A stretch of DNA of 64,000 nucleotides from Polyangiaceae bacterium (GCA_044222475.1 JBGANF010000017.1:1-64000), one strand, 5' to 3'. Positions 9,785-19,385 are shown, counted from the stretch's first letter. The notes: generated by a model not told the origin, from the letters alone. Made by a program: numbers and translations.

Positions 9785-11847
9785 CCGCGAAGACCCGAAC
9801 GCGGAACCTGAACCTGCACTACCTCCACGCGACCGCCTCGAGCAGGGGGTTCTCGCTCGCGCCTCGAGAGCTCGAAGACCTCGTCCGTCGCGAGATGGAG
9901 ACCGGCGAGCGCTTCACGCTGTCGTTCGACGATGCGCATCGATCGGTGCTCGAGCTGGGCGCGCCGGTCCTGACGAAGCTCGGAGTCACCGCCACGTTGT
10001 TCGTGCCGGTTCGCTGGATCGACTCCGGCGGCGACTGGATGACCTGGGACGATCTTCGCCGGTGGCGTGATCTCGGGATGACCATCGGCTCGCACTCGAT
10101 GAGTCATCCGCGCATGTCGTGGGCGCTCTACGGCGAGGACGCGAAGGCGCACGCCGCGCGGCTCGACGACGAGTGCGCGCGCTCGAAGGAGATCCTCGAG
10201 AGGAGGCTCGGAGTCGAGTGTGCCCTCTTCGCCTATCCCTACGGCGAAGATCCGCCCATCGCGCGCGAGGCGGTTCGCCGCGCCGGCTACCGCGAGGCGT
10301 TCACCGTCCGCGACGACGGACTCTGGGACGGCGATCCAATGTCGATCCCGCGGATCGATGCGATGGAGATGCGCCGCGCGGCGGCCGGCGTGAAGACGGA
10401 CGACCCGGTGTCGATCAGCGTGATCGTCCCAGTCAGGGACAGGCCAGACATGCTGCGTGAGGTCGTCGCGCGGCTCGAGGCGTCGAGCTATCCGCACGAT
10501 CGCTACGAGATCCTCGTCGTCGACGACGGCTCCGAGCGCGAGCCGGCGACCCTCTTTCCGAACCCGCCGTCGAACCTGCGGTTCGTGCGCTCCGCCGAGA
10601 GAGGCGGCCCGTTTCGCGCGGGCCAGGCGCGCAACGCTGGCGCGCGCGCGGCGAAGCACCCGGTCCTTGCGTTCCTCGACTCCGACGTCGTCGTCGGCAA
10701 GGACTTCCTCTGGGCGATCGACTGGGTCCATCAGCGCACCTCCGATGCGGTCGTCTGCGGATACCTCTCCGGCTACAACCTCCACGAGCGCGGGTTCGTC
10801 CACACCCTCGCCGACGTGAAGGATCGCGACTCGCTCGAGTCGCTCCCGGTGATCCCCGATCGCTCGCGCGAGCCGGCCGCGCGCGAGTGCCTCGACAACG
10901 TCGAGTGGCTCGGCGAGCCGTGGAAGCTCTGTTACACCGGCAACCTGTCGCTCCCTCGCGCGCTGTTCGAACGCATCGGCGGGTTCTCGGATCGATTCTC
11001 GGGCTGGGGCGTCGAAGACATCGACCTCGGCTACCGGCTGCACCGCGCGGGCGCCGCGTTCGTGTTCTCGCGATTCGCGCTCGGCTGGCACCTCGTCGAT
11101 CCGAGCGAAGGCGCGCCGAGGAACCCCTTCCGCCGCGACGCGCCGACGCGTGACGACTTCGCGGGGTACCTGAAGAACGTCGCGCTACTTCGCGAGCTCC
11201 ACCCGGGCGATCCGGAGATCGAGGCGTTCGCGTCGCGCGCGCTCGCCGACGTCGACGAGATCTGCGGTCGGCCTTCGTCGGTCGGCATCGAGTTCGGCGG
11301 CGCGAGCGCGCGCCGCGCACCGTTCCATCGCGAGCTCCACCGTCTCGCGGTCGGTGGCATCCCGACCGAAGAGCTGCTCGATCGGGTCGCGTACGCCACC
11401 AAGGTCGGTGCGACGTCGCTGTGGCTGCTCGGCGGCGAGCCCGCCGAGCACGAGGGTTTCTTCGCCGTGCTCCGCGCGGCGAAGTCCGCTGGTCTCGCGG
11501 TCGGCATGCAGACCCAGGCGCACGCGTTCGCCGTCGAGGGCCTCGCGACGCGCGCTCGCGACGCCGGGCTCGGCCACGTCACCGTCGTCTTCGCGAGCGA
11601 CGCGCACTTCGGCGAGGGCGCCGCTCGCGAGCACGAGGCGGGCGTCGCGGCGCTGCGGGCGGCGGGAATCCACGTCGCGGGGCGGATTGTCGTTGCCGAT
11701 CCGAGCGAGCTGGATTCGCTCCGCGATCGCATGAAACACCTCGAAACCGAGGCGATCCCGATCGACGAGATCTCCTGCGCAGAGGGCGTCGATCTCGAGC
11801 GCGCGCGAATCGCCTTTGGCCGCGACGTCAAACGACTCGAGCCGTGA
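9781..11847 (+). CDS. Fusion: polysaccharide deacetylase + GT2 glycosyltransferase + degenerate radical-SAM-like domain
   Basis: GTG start overlaps the ABC stop. SFDDAH/HSMSH/AYPYG; SVIVPVRDR, VVDDGS, FLDSD, GWGVEDIDLGYRL; C-terminal LLGGEP and MQTQA without CxxxCxxC. Confidence 0.85.
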   Translation: MTAKTRTRNLNLHYLHATASSRGFSLAPRELEDLVRREMETGERFTLSFDDAHRSVLELGAPVLTKLGVTATLFVPVRWIDSGGDWMTWDDLRRWRDLGMTIGSHSMSHPRMSWALYGEDAKAHAARLDDECARSKEILERRLGVECALFAYPYGEDPPIAREAVRRAGYREAFTVRDDGLWDGDPMSIPRIDAMEMRRAAAGVKTDDPVSISVIVPVRDRPDMLREVVARLEASSYPHDRYEILVVDDGSEREPATLFPNPPSNLRFVRSAERGGPFRAGQARNAGARAAKHPVLAFLDSDVVVGKDFLWAIDWVHQRTSDAVVCGYLSGYNLHERGFVHTLADVKDRDSLESLPVIPDRSREPAARECLDNVEWLGEPWKLCYTGNLSLPRALFERIGGFSDRFSGWGVEDIDLGYRLHRAGAAFVFSRFALGWHLVDPSEGAPRNPFRRDAPTRDDFAGYLKNVALLRELHPGDPEIEAFASRALADVDEICGRPSSVGIEFGGASARRAPFHRELHRLAVGGIPTEELLDRVAYATKVGATSLWLLGGEPAEHEGFFAVLRAAKSAGLAVGMQTQAHAFAVEGLATRARDAGLGHVTVVFASDAHFGEGAAREHEAGVAALRAAGIHVAGRIVVADPSELDSLRDRMKHLETEAIPIDEISCAEGVDLERARIAFGRDVKRLEP

Positions 11848-11858
11848 TAGGCTGACGC

Positions 11859-12230
11859 ATGAACTCCGGCCAGACGTGCGGTTCCTGCGGCGGCGATGGC
11901 CGGCTGAGCAACTCCTTCGGAAACACCGCGCGCTGCCCGAGCTGTCACGGCACGGGGCGGCGAATGGAAGACACCGGCTTCCACGACGTGACGAAGACCA
12001 AGACGTCGCAGCTGCGCGGCAGCAACAAAGCGGCCGTCGTCGTGAAGCAGACGTGGCCGACCACGTTCGAGGGGGAGAAGCTCGCGACCGACATCCGAGA
12101 CAACGCGCGCCTCTCGGCCGACACCAAGGCCAAGCTCACCCGCGAGATCATCGATCACGAGAGCACTCACGGGACGTGCACGCAGACGTTCCTCAAGAAG
12201 ATGCGGAAGCAGATCCGCCCGGCCCCGTAG
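11859..12230 (+). CDS. Small protein with DnaJ-type zinc-finger repeats
   Basis: CGSCGGDG and CPSCHGTG (CxxCxGxG twice); no J domain. Confidence 0.75.
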   Translation: MNSGQTCGSCGGDGRLSNSFGNTARCPSCHGTGRRMEDTGFHDVTKTKTSQLRGSNKAAVVVKQTWPTTFEGEKLATDIRDNARLSADTKAKLTREIIDHESTHGTCTQTFLKKMRKQIRPAP

Positions 12231-12239
12231 AGCCCGGCG

Positions 12240-12953
12240 TCACCCGGGCGGCGGGGCAGGGATCACGCGGCAGTCGAGCGCCTTGGCGGTCGGATCCCAG
12301 TCGCACATGAACGCGCCCTCGGGCGACGTGCCTTTGCAGTCGGCGCGTGCATGACAGCGGTCGCGGGGCGTCGCGCAGAAGCTCCCGGAGTACACCCCGA
12401 CGCAGGCCGCGCCGTTGCAGTCCGCGTCGCTGCGGCAGTTCCCCGGTCCGCATCGGTTGGCGCGGCCGAGGTCGGCGCAGTTGCACAGCGCGTTCGGCCC
12501 GCAGTCCGCGTCGGCGAGGCATCCGTCGAGCTCGATGCACTGCGCGCGCTCTTGTCCCTCGCCGCACATGCATCGCGCATGGTCGCCGCAGTCCTTGTCG
12601 GCGCGGCACGCGTCGTAGACGCATATCGTGGGTGGCGGCCGCATCGGAGCCTCGGCGAGGCCGTTGGAGCGTGTGAACGGAACGTCCGAGCGGTCGTCCT
12701 CCTCGCGTTCGCCGCTCTCGATGCACCGGCCCTCGATGCCGTCCTTGCAGTCCTTGTCGGACTTGCAGCCGGTGCGAGAGGACGCGTTGCTCTTCGGGAT
12801 CGACCGCTCCGGGCATGGGCCGCGCGAAGCGACGCTCGACGGGTTGCACGTGCCCGGTGCCGGCGGAGGCAACTTGGGCGGAGCCACGACGTCGGGTGTC
12901 CCGTGGCACGCGATCGTGACGGCGACGAGCAGCGCGACGGGGAGCGCTCGCAT
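12240..12953 (-). CDS. Cys-rich lipoprotein (paralog A)
   Basis: MRALPVALLVAVTIAC lipobox; repeated CxxDxDC motifs. Confidence 0.75.
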   Translation of the reverse strand: MRALPVALLVAVTIACHGTPDVVAPPKLPPPAPGTCNPSSVASRGPCPERSIPKSNASSRTGCKSDKDCKDGIEGRCIESGEREEDDRSDVPFTRSNGLAEAPMRPPPTICVYDACRADKDCGDHARCMCGEGQERAQCIELDGCLADADCGPNALCNCADLGRANRCGPGNCRSDADCNGAACVGVYSGSFCATPRDRCHARADCKGTSPEGAFMCDWDPTAKALDCRVIPAPPPG

Positions 12954-12954
12954 G

Positions 12955-13650
12955 TCAGCCCGCGGGCCTCGGCGGGACGCTGCGGCACTGCCACGACTCG
13001 GCGACGCGGTCGAAGCTGCACTCCCGATACTCCGCGGAGCTCGTGCGGCAGTCGTCGTGCGATTTGCACCCGTCGGCTGCGGTCGCGCAGAAGCGTCCGG
13101 TTTCACTGCTCCGACACGTGGCACCGTCGCAGTCGGCGTCGGTCCGGCAATTGCCCGCGAGGCATTGGTTGGGGCTGCCGCCACCACCGCACAGACAGAG
13201 CATGTAGGGTCCGCAGTCCGCGTCACCGAGGCACGCGTCGAGCTGGACGCACTGGTTGCGCGACTGACCTTCGCCGCAGGAGCAGCGCACCTTCTGCCCG
13301 CAGTCGGCGTTGGTGGTGCACTGGTCGTATTCGCAGATGGTCGGCGGCGGTTGGGCGGGAGGTCCGGCGAGGAGCGGCGATCGCACGAATCGTCCCTCGG
13401 GGATACCGCTCTTCACGCACCGGCCGTCGCGACCATCCTTGCAGTCTGCATCGGACTTGCACCCGAGCGCGGACGACGCGTTGCTCGCAGGGATCGTTCG
13501 CTTGGTGCAAGTCGTCGTCGTCACGACACTCGACGCGCCGCACGTTCCGTGGGGCGTGGGATGCCCGTCACCGCCGCCGTGGTTCGCGTCCGGGCCGCCG
13601 TGGCACGCCGCCACCGCAACGAGAAGAGCCGTCACCGCCGCGATCCGCAT
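12955..13650 (-). CDS. Cys-rich lipoprotein (paralog B)
   Basis: MRIAAVTALLVAVAAC lipobox; same Cys spacing as paralog A (GCKSDADCKDGRDGRC vs GCKSDKDCKDGIEGRC). Confidence 0.8.
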   Translation of the reverse strand: MRIAAVTALLVAVAACHGGPDANHGGGDGHPTPHGTCGASSVVTTTTCTKRTIPASNASSALGCKSDADCKDGRDGRCVKSGIPEGRFVRSPLLAGPPAQPPPTICEYDQCTTNADCGQKVRCSCGEGQSRNQCVQLDACLGDADCGPYMLCLCGGGGSPNQCLAGNCRTDADCDGATCRSSETGRFCATAADGCKSHDDCRTSSAEYRECSFDRVAESWQCRSVPPRPAG

Positions 13651-13676
13651 GGGCCGAGTCTAGCGGAATCGATGCC

Positions 13677-14981
13677 TCAACCGAACAACAGCACGAGGGT
13701 GACGATCCCGAATGCCACGTGCAGCCCAGCGAACACGAGCACCGCCGCGCGTCGCCACCAGGGAGGGTCGTCGTACGACGCGAGGAGCATCTCCTCGAAG
13801 CGCGTGTCCGGCGTCGTCGCGGTTTGCGGTGCCGCCGTGCGCGGTGCCGGTGGACTCGGCGCGGGAAGGCCCCGCATGCGGCGCACGATCCCGACGACGA
13901 GATCCCACAGCACGCTCGCCGGCAGGAAGAAGACGTAGACGAACATCGACATGGCACGTGACGCGATCATGTCGAGCACTCCGAGGAACGCCCGACTGCC
14001 GAAGATCGCGGCGACACACGCGAGCTCGAGCACCAAGCCTCGCGGTTGATCCCAGATCACGACGACGACTGCGATCGCGATCGAGCCGCGCACGACGTCG
14101 CGCCACCACGCCTGGCGCGTCGCTTCGGCCGCGGCATCGAGGTCCGGGTACCGGCGACGCCGAAGCACCGAGACGATCTCGAACGCCGCGAGGCCGAGGA
14201 TCCCGATCACCGAGATGGCGACCAACGCCGTGCGGATCGGTCCGATCGGCGCAGCGGGAACGAACGGGTCCCGCGCTTCGATCCGGGCGGCGATGAGGTC
14301 CGAGCGCCAGACGAGGACGATCTGACCGACGAACCCCGCGACGTACGTCAAGAGCGCCGCCACGAGGCGGATCGTCCCCAACGATCGCCCTCGGCCTTCG
14401 AGCCGCTCATCGCCGGCGAGCATGTTGCGCGCGACGACGCTGGCGCTCGTCTCGTCGACGAGGATGACGACGTGCGCCGCGAGGCTCCAGAAGAGGAGCG
14501 TGAACGCCACGCGATCGATCTCGGGGATGCCGTAGAGGACGTTCCCGACGAGGAGCATCACCGCCGATTGGGACAGCGCGCGCGACGCCACTCTTGCACC
14601 GAGGAAGAACGCGCGCAGAACCGCGCTCCGCCGATACACGAGCACGTGGCCGAGCTCGTGGGCGGCCACCGCCCAGAACGACGCGTCGTGCTTCCCCCAG
14701 ACCTCGCGCGACAAGACGAGCGTCTTTGCCGCCGGGAAATACGCGTCGCCCTCGTCGCCTCCGCTCGGATCGACGATCACGCGGACGGCCACCTGCCTCT
14801 TCGCGATCTGCTCCTCGAGCCAGGGTCCCGCGCCGATCGGGAGATCGTCTGGCAACGTCGCGTCGATGCGAGCCTTGAGCCGCTTGTACCCGCTCGCCAC
14901 GAGGAGGACGAGGATCCGCTGAAGGAACAGCAGGGCGAAGAACCCGGTCCAATCTCGGATTCGTTCGAAGACCGCGGCCAC
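13677..14981 (-). CDS. Membrane zinc metallopeptidase (YugP/Zn_peptidase_2-like) with TM extension
   Basis: AVAAHELGH (HExxH); VDETSAS; AALLTYVA; many TM segments. Confidence 0.7.
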   Translation of the reverse strand: MAAVFERIRDWTGFFALLFLQRILVLLVASGYKRLKARIDATLPDDLPIGAGPWLEEQIAKRQVAVRVIVDPSGGDEGDAYFPAAKTLVLSREVWGKHDASFWAVAAHELGHVLVYRRSAVLRAFFLGARVASRALSQSAVMLLVGNVLYGIPEIDRVAFTLLFWSLAAHVVILVDETSASVVARNMLAGDERLEGRGRSLGTIRLVAALLTYVAGFVGQIVLVWRSDLIAARIEARDPFVPAAPIGPIRTALVAISVIGILGLAAFEIVSVLRRRRYPDLDAAAEATRQAWWRDVVRGSIAIAVVVVIWDQPRGLVLELACVAAIFGSRAFLGVLDMIASRAMSMFVYVFFLPASVLWDLVVGIVRRMRGLPAPSPPAPRTAAPQTATTPDTRFEEMLLASYDDPPWWRRAAVLVFAGLHVAFGIVTLVLLFG

Positions 14982-15000
14982 GCCGCATCATCGCAGATCG

Positions 15001-16233
15001 TCAGCCGTCGTCGTGGAGATCGAGCGTGTTGCCCGCGCTGCCGCTGCTCATCTTGCGCATGCGATCGGGGATGCGCAGCGCGATGACGCCTTGCTCGACG
15101 CCGCGCGCGACGCTCGGGCCGGCGAGCGCGCTCGCGACCATGCCCTTGTTCCACTCTTCGTCCCACGCGTAGTTGAAGGCGTTGCAGGCGACGCAGCGCT
15201 TGTCGAGCGCCTCACGCACGATGTCGCGCGCGAGATCGCTCTCGAGCGCGGCCACCAGCGACTCGGCCTTGATGTTCCGGCCCTGGTGCCAGCACAGGTA
15301 GAACCCGTGATCGGAGAACCCGATGAACTTCTGCGGGATCTTGCACCCGTCGATCGGCCGGTAACGAAAGTCCTTCCGGCTGTACATCTCGAAGTGCTCG
15401 AGGAGAAGCTCGCGCTCGTTGAACCAGGTGTGCGTCTCGTGGCAGGCCTTCTCGATGCGGACGAGCTGCTCGTACGCACTCTTCTCCTGCTCCGGCGTCA
15501 TCTGGAAATGCGCCGTCTCGGGGACGACCTCGACGTGGCTGAATCCGCAGTATGCGTAGCGTCGCTTCCCGATGCTCTGGATGTGGCGGAAGCTGTCCTC
15601 GAGGCAGTGGAAGTTGTCCTTCTGCATCACCGTGTTGGTGCCCCACTGAATCTTCGATTCGGCGAGCCAACCGATGGTGCGCATCGTCCGCGCCCAGGTG
15701 CCCTTGCGCTGACGGATGAAGTCGTGAGCCTCTTCCGTGCCGTCGACGCTGATGGTGAGGCAGTCGAGCTGCGAGAGGAACTCGAGCTTGTCCTTCTTGA
15801 TCAAGGTCCCGTTCGAGACCATCTGCACCTTGATGCCGGCGGCGAACGCGTGCTCGAGCAGCCGGTAGATCGCGGGGTGAACGAAGGGCTCGCCGCCCGA
15901 GAACGAGACGACGTCGAGCCCGAGCTCGGCGGCCTCGGTGATGGCCTTCTTGCAGAGCGCCTCGTCCATGAAGAGCGTCTCGGACGGGCGGCGGCACATC
16001 TGGCAGGTGAGGTTGCAGTACTCGCTGAGCGCGATGTCCATGCGCTCGTAGCTCGTGAACGGCGCGAGCTCGCCGCACTTCGGGCACGCCTCGTGCTCGA
16101 TGGCCTCGCGCCCGCTCATCGTGTGGACGACGTCGGCCTCGCAGCGCTTGCACGCGCGTTTGCGTGTATTCTGCACGCTCGTCGCGCCCTTCGTCAGCGT
16201 GAAGACGCGCGGGCGCAGGACGGCCGTCCCCAT
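15001..16233 (-). CDS. Radical SAM protein with N-terminal Zn-ribbon and C-terminal SPASM/twitch-like Cys
   Basis: CKRC..CPKC; CNLTCQMC; FSGGEP; VSNGT; ISVDG..HDFIR; C-terminal CKIP..YLC..CVAC. Confidence 0.9.
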   Translation of the reverse strand: MGTAVLRPRVFTLTKGATSVQNTRKRACKRCEADVVHTMSGREAIEHEACPKCGELAPFTSYERMDIALSEYCNLTCQMCRRPSETLFMDEALCKKAITEAAELGLDVVSFSGGEPFVHPAIYRLLEHAFAAGIKVQMVSNGTLIKKDKLEFLSQLDCLTISVDGTEEAHDFIRQRKGTWARTMRTIGWLAESKIQWGTNTVMQKDNFHCLEDSFRHIQSIGKRRYAYCGFSHVEVVPETAHFQMTPEQEKSAYEQLVRIEKACHETHTWFNERELLLEHFEMYSRKDFRYRPIDGCKIPQKFIGFSDHGFYLCWHQGRNIKAESLVAALESDLARDIVREALDKRCVACNAFNYAWDEEWNKGMVASALAGPSVARGVEQGVIALRIPDRMRKMSSGSAGNTLDLHDDG

Positions 16234-17324
16234 CACTCGGCCCCGGTGTCCGCAGCAGCCTTCGGCTCCGCGAGCTTCGCTGCGTGACCCTTCGCCGGCG
16301 CGTAGACGACGGGCTCGGCTTCCTTGCCGACGAAGCCGTCGACGTCGGAGCACGCCGCGAGGCAGCCCGGGCACTGCTCGGCGAGCGCGAGAACCTGGAG
16401 TCGGTCGTGGTGCGGCGAGTGCCAGATGTCGGTGATCTCGTCCTTGTAGACGTTGCCCATGCGGTCGTCGTCGGTGCGCATGAAGAAGCACGGGTAGACG
16501 TCACCGCGGAAGTCGACGAGGAGGAACTTGCTCGGGAGGAAGCACCCACCCGGCGGGATCGGACGCTTGCCCGACGACAGGTAGTCGGGAATGACGCCGA
16601 ACATCGACTCGGTGAAGATCGTGACTTTGCGCGTCTTGGCGTGGGCCGAGAGCGCGGCGAGCTGCTGTTCGAGCTTCGCTTTCGGCGTGCGCAGGAGCGA
16701 GAAGCGCGGGATCTCCTTGTTGGGGCCGCTGATCTCTTCCTGGAACGGCTGGAAGGACACCTCCGCGATGCCGAGCTCGGCCGCGAGATCGATCAGGTGG
16801 AACGCGCGATCGATCGTGTCGCGCATGAGCACGCCCGAGAGGCCGATGCGGATTCCTCGGCGCACGCACTCGCGCGCGGTGTCGACGCTCTTCCGGTAGT
16901 TGCCCTCGCCGCGGAGATCGTCGTGGAGATCCTCCGGACCGTCGATCGAGACGTGGAGGTACACGCTCGGGCACTTCTCGAGACGATCGAGGTGCGCTTC
17001 GGTGATCATCGTGCCGTTCGTCACGATGTCCTGCGTGCGGTAGCCGATCTCGTGCGCGTACTCGACGAGGTCGAGGAAGTCCTTGCGCATGAAGCTCTCG
17101 GCTCCGCACGGCGTGAACATGTGCGCGCCGAGGTCACGCGCCTGACGGAGCAGCTTCTTCGCGAGCTCGAAGGGCACGCCGTGCTCCTTCAGCTCCCACA
17201 CGCTGCACATCTTGCATTTCAGGTTGCAGTAGACCGTGAGCTCCACCGCGAGCTCGTCGAGGGGGTGCGTGAGGGCGGCGCGCGGCGGGATCGGCTCGAA
17301 TACGGTCAGGCTTCGTTTCGTCAT
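16233..17324 (-). CDS. Radical SAM/SPASM domain protein
   Basis: CNLKCKMC; TNGT; SIDGPEDLHDDLRG; CFLP..GDVYPC..MGNV..CPGCLAAC. Confidence 0.92.
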   Translation of the reverse strand: MTKRSLTVFEPIPPRAALTHPLDELAVELTVYCNLKCKMCSVWELKEHGVPFELAKKLLRQARDLGAHMFTPCGAESFMRKDFLDLVEYAHEIGYRTQDIVTNGTMITEAHLDRLEKCPSVYLHVSIDGPEDLHDDLRGEGNYRKSVDTARECVRRGIRIGLSGVLMRDTIDRAFHLIDLAAELGIAEVSFQPFQEEISGPNKEIPRFSLLRTPKAKLEQQLAALSAHAKTRKVTIFTESMFGVIPDYLSSGKRPIPPGGCFLPSKFLLVDFRGDVYPCFFMRTDDDRMGNVYKDEITDIWHSPHHDRLQVLALAEQCPGCLAACSDVDGFVGKEAEPVVYAPAKGHAAKLAEPKAAADTGAE

Positions 17325-18271
17325 GGTCCTTCGGTTCTCACCCCGACCGCGCTGCGGGGAGCCTGCCCGGCCACCCTTGCCCGGAAGTCCGCCCGACACG
17401 CCGCGATTACTGCTTCGACGTCGTTCTCGTAGCCGTTCTTCACCCAGGCCCCACGAGATTCGTCGCGAACGTACCACCGAAGGTCGTTCCGGACCCAGGC
17501 TCGGACGGCCGGATCGTCGTGTTTGTCCATGAAATACACGGCGTTGTGCACGTACGTGTCGTACGTCGGGGGGAGCTTCCGCTCCTCGCACCGGAACGGG
17601 TCGCGGGGGGCGGGATCCTCGATGTGCAGCACCGAGGCCTTCGGCGCGACGACGAGGGGCAGGCCCGCGCGAAGGAGGCGATACCCGAGGTCGATGTCTT
17701 CGAGGCCCCACCCGACGAAATGTTCGTCGAACTGGAGCTCGGGCACGCCCCGCGGTACCGAGAAATTGCACGAGTAGACGAACATCCAGGGCGTCGGATG
17801 TGTCGGCGCGCCTGCGCCGTCGGCCCCTACGACGGCGACGCGGTCGTCGGGCTCCGAAGCGATCACGTCGGCTCGCTCGGGCGGCAACGCGTCGACGTGG
17901 TGGCTTCGGTGGCGAAAGCCGATGACCACCGCGGGCTCGCGGCGCGCGCGATGTGCGTCGAGGTGGGCCGCGACGAAGTCGCGCGGAAACACGACGTCGT
18001 CGTCGATGAAGATGATCACGTCACCGCGAGCGTCGCCGATGCCCATGTTGCGGGCCTGCCCCGCGCGGAACCCGAGATCTTCCTGAACGCGGTACTCGAG
18101 GGGGAGCTTGTCGGCGAACGACCTCGCGACGGCCGCGGTGTCATCCGGCGAGCCGTCGTCGCATACGATCACCTGCTGCAACGTCTCACCGTCCTGATGG
18201 ACGAGACAGGAGAGCAACGCGTGAAGCCGCGCCGAGCGCTTGTACGTCGGGATGACGACGGTGGCCTTCAC
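17321..18271 (-). CDS. GT2 glycosyltransferase
   Basis: GTG start KATVVIPTYKR; CDDGS; ARNMG; FIDDD; GWGLEDIDLGYRL. Confidence 0.92.
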   Translation of the reverse strand: MKATVVIPTYKRSARLHALLSCLVHQDGETLQQVIVCDDGSPDDTAAVARSFADKLPLEYRVQEDLGFRAGQARNMGIGDARGDVIIFIDDDVVFPRDFVAAHLDAHRARREPAVVIGFRHRSHHVDALPPERADVIASEPDDRVAVVGADGAGAPTHPTPWMFVYSCNFSVPRGVPELQFDEHFVGWGLEDIDLGYRLLRAGLPLVVAPKASVLHIEDPAPRDPFRCEERKLPPTYDTYVHNAVYFMDKHDDPAVRAWVRNDLRWYVRDESRGAWVKNGYENDVEAVIAACRADFRARVAGQAPRSAVGVRTEGP

Positions 18272-18398
18272 GAGTCCACAAACATACGCCAAACGGCGGA
18301 AAATGTTCCTCGATCGGCGATTTCTGCGGGAGTTTGTGGCCTTGGCGACGTAGAACCAGGGTCGGAGGCGCGCACGTGACGGACACAGGCATGATCCG

Positions 18399-19370
18399 AT
18401 GAGCGAGCCGCGTGTCCTCATCGTCCCGACGCACCCCGGCGTGCAGTACCACTTCTGCCGCTCGGGGCTGCCGATTCACTTCTTCGGCCATTGGGACCAG
18501 TTCCAGTATTGGCGACCGAAGCCGCCGAACGTCGTCAACGTGTTCCCCCGCTTCGAGGACGCACACCTCGACTACGGACCGAAGGACTACGCGCGCCTCC
18601 TGGACGACCCCGCGATCGGCTGGCCGGCCGACGTGGCGAACGACCGCTACGACGTCGCGTGGCTCATGTTCAACTGGCAGTACAAGCTCTTCCGCGGTCG
18701 GCGCGCCGGCAAGAAGCTCTACCGCGTCAGCAAGGTGCGCGAGCTCGAGCCCGAGGAGTGGGACGAGATCCTCTCGCGCGACGACTTCTCGATCGTCAGC
18801 TTCTACCCGAACACGGTGGAGTGGCTGAAGGAGAAGAAGGGCGTGACCGTGCCCTACGTCCCGCTCGGGCTCGACGCGAACGCCTACGGACCGTGGACGG
18901 GAGAGGACGCCCGGGTTCTGTCGATCATCCACTCGTACAAAGATCGCGGCTGGCACTACGGCGCGTACGTCGACGCCATGAAGGACGTCCCGCACCTGCA
19001 CGTCGATCACCTCGACGAGGCCCAGGAGAAGTACGACTACGACGCGCTGCAGGGGCTCCTGCGGCGATCGCGGCTCTATCTCCACGACGGCGAGCAGGAG
19101 TACACGATCACCCTGTTCGAGGCGCTCATGACCGGCATGCCGATCGTGAGCTTCCGCATCCCCGGCATCGAACGCTACGTGATCCACGGTGAGAACGGCT
19201 TCGTGGGCGACGACGCGAAATCGATCCGCGAGCACTGCCGCCTGCTCCTCGAGGATCGCGACCTCGCGACCAGGATGGGCGCGAAGAGTCGCGCGATGGC
19301 CGTCAGCCAGTACGAGGAGACGCGCTGGCGAAACGACTGGCAGCGGATCATGGCGCCCTACGGGCGGTGA
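18399..19370 (+). CDS. GT4 (GT-B) glycosyltransferase
   Basis: EQEYTITLFEALMTGMPIV (Ex7E-like); VIHGENGF; MGAKSR. Confidence 0.8.
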   Translation: MSEPRVLIVPTHPGVQYHFCRSGLPIHFFGHWDQFQYWRPKPPNVVNVFPRFEDAHLDYGPKDYARLLDDPAIGWPADVANDRYDVAWLMFNWQYKLFRGRRAGKKLYRVSKVRELEPEEWDEILSRDDFSIVSFYPNTVEWLKEKKGVTVPYVPLGLDANAYGPWTGEDARVLSIIHSYKDRGWHYGAYVDAMKDVPHLHVDHLDEAQEKYDYDALQGLLRRSRLYLHDGEQEYTITLFEALMTGMPIVSFRIPGIERYVIHGENGFVGDDAKSIREHCRLLLEDRDLATRMGAKSRAMAVSQYEETRWRNDWQRIMAPYGR

Positions 19371-19385
19371 CCGTAGGATGAGCGC

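Noticed and set aside
12232..12249. Intrinsic terminator between convergent genes (GCCCGG-N6-CCGGGC)
   Set aside because: Short stem with no U-tract on either strand; too weak in GC-rich DNA.
11859..13650. RiPP precursor for the rSAM/SPASM enzymes
   Set aside because: The candidates are a Zn-finger protein and lipoproteins, with no leader/core layout, and no PqqD/RRE domain was seen in the cluster.
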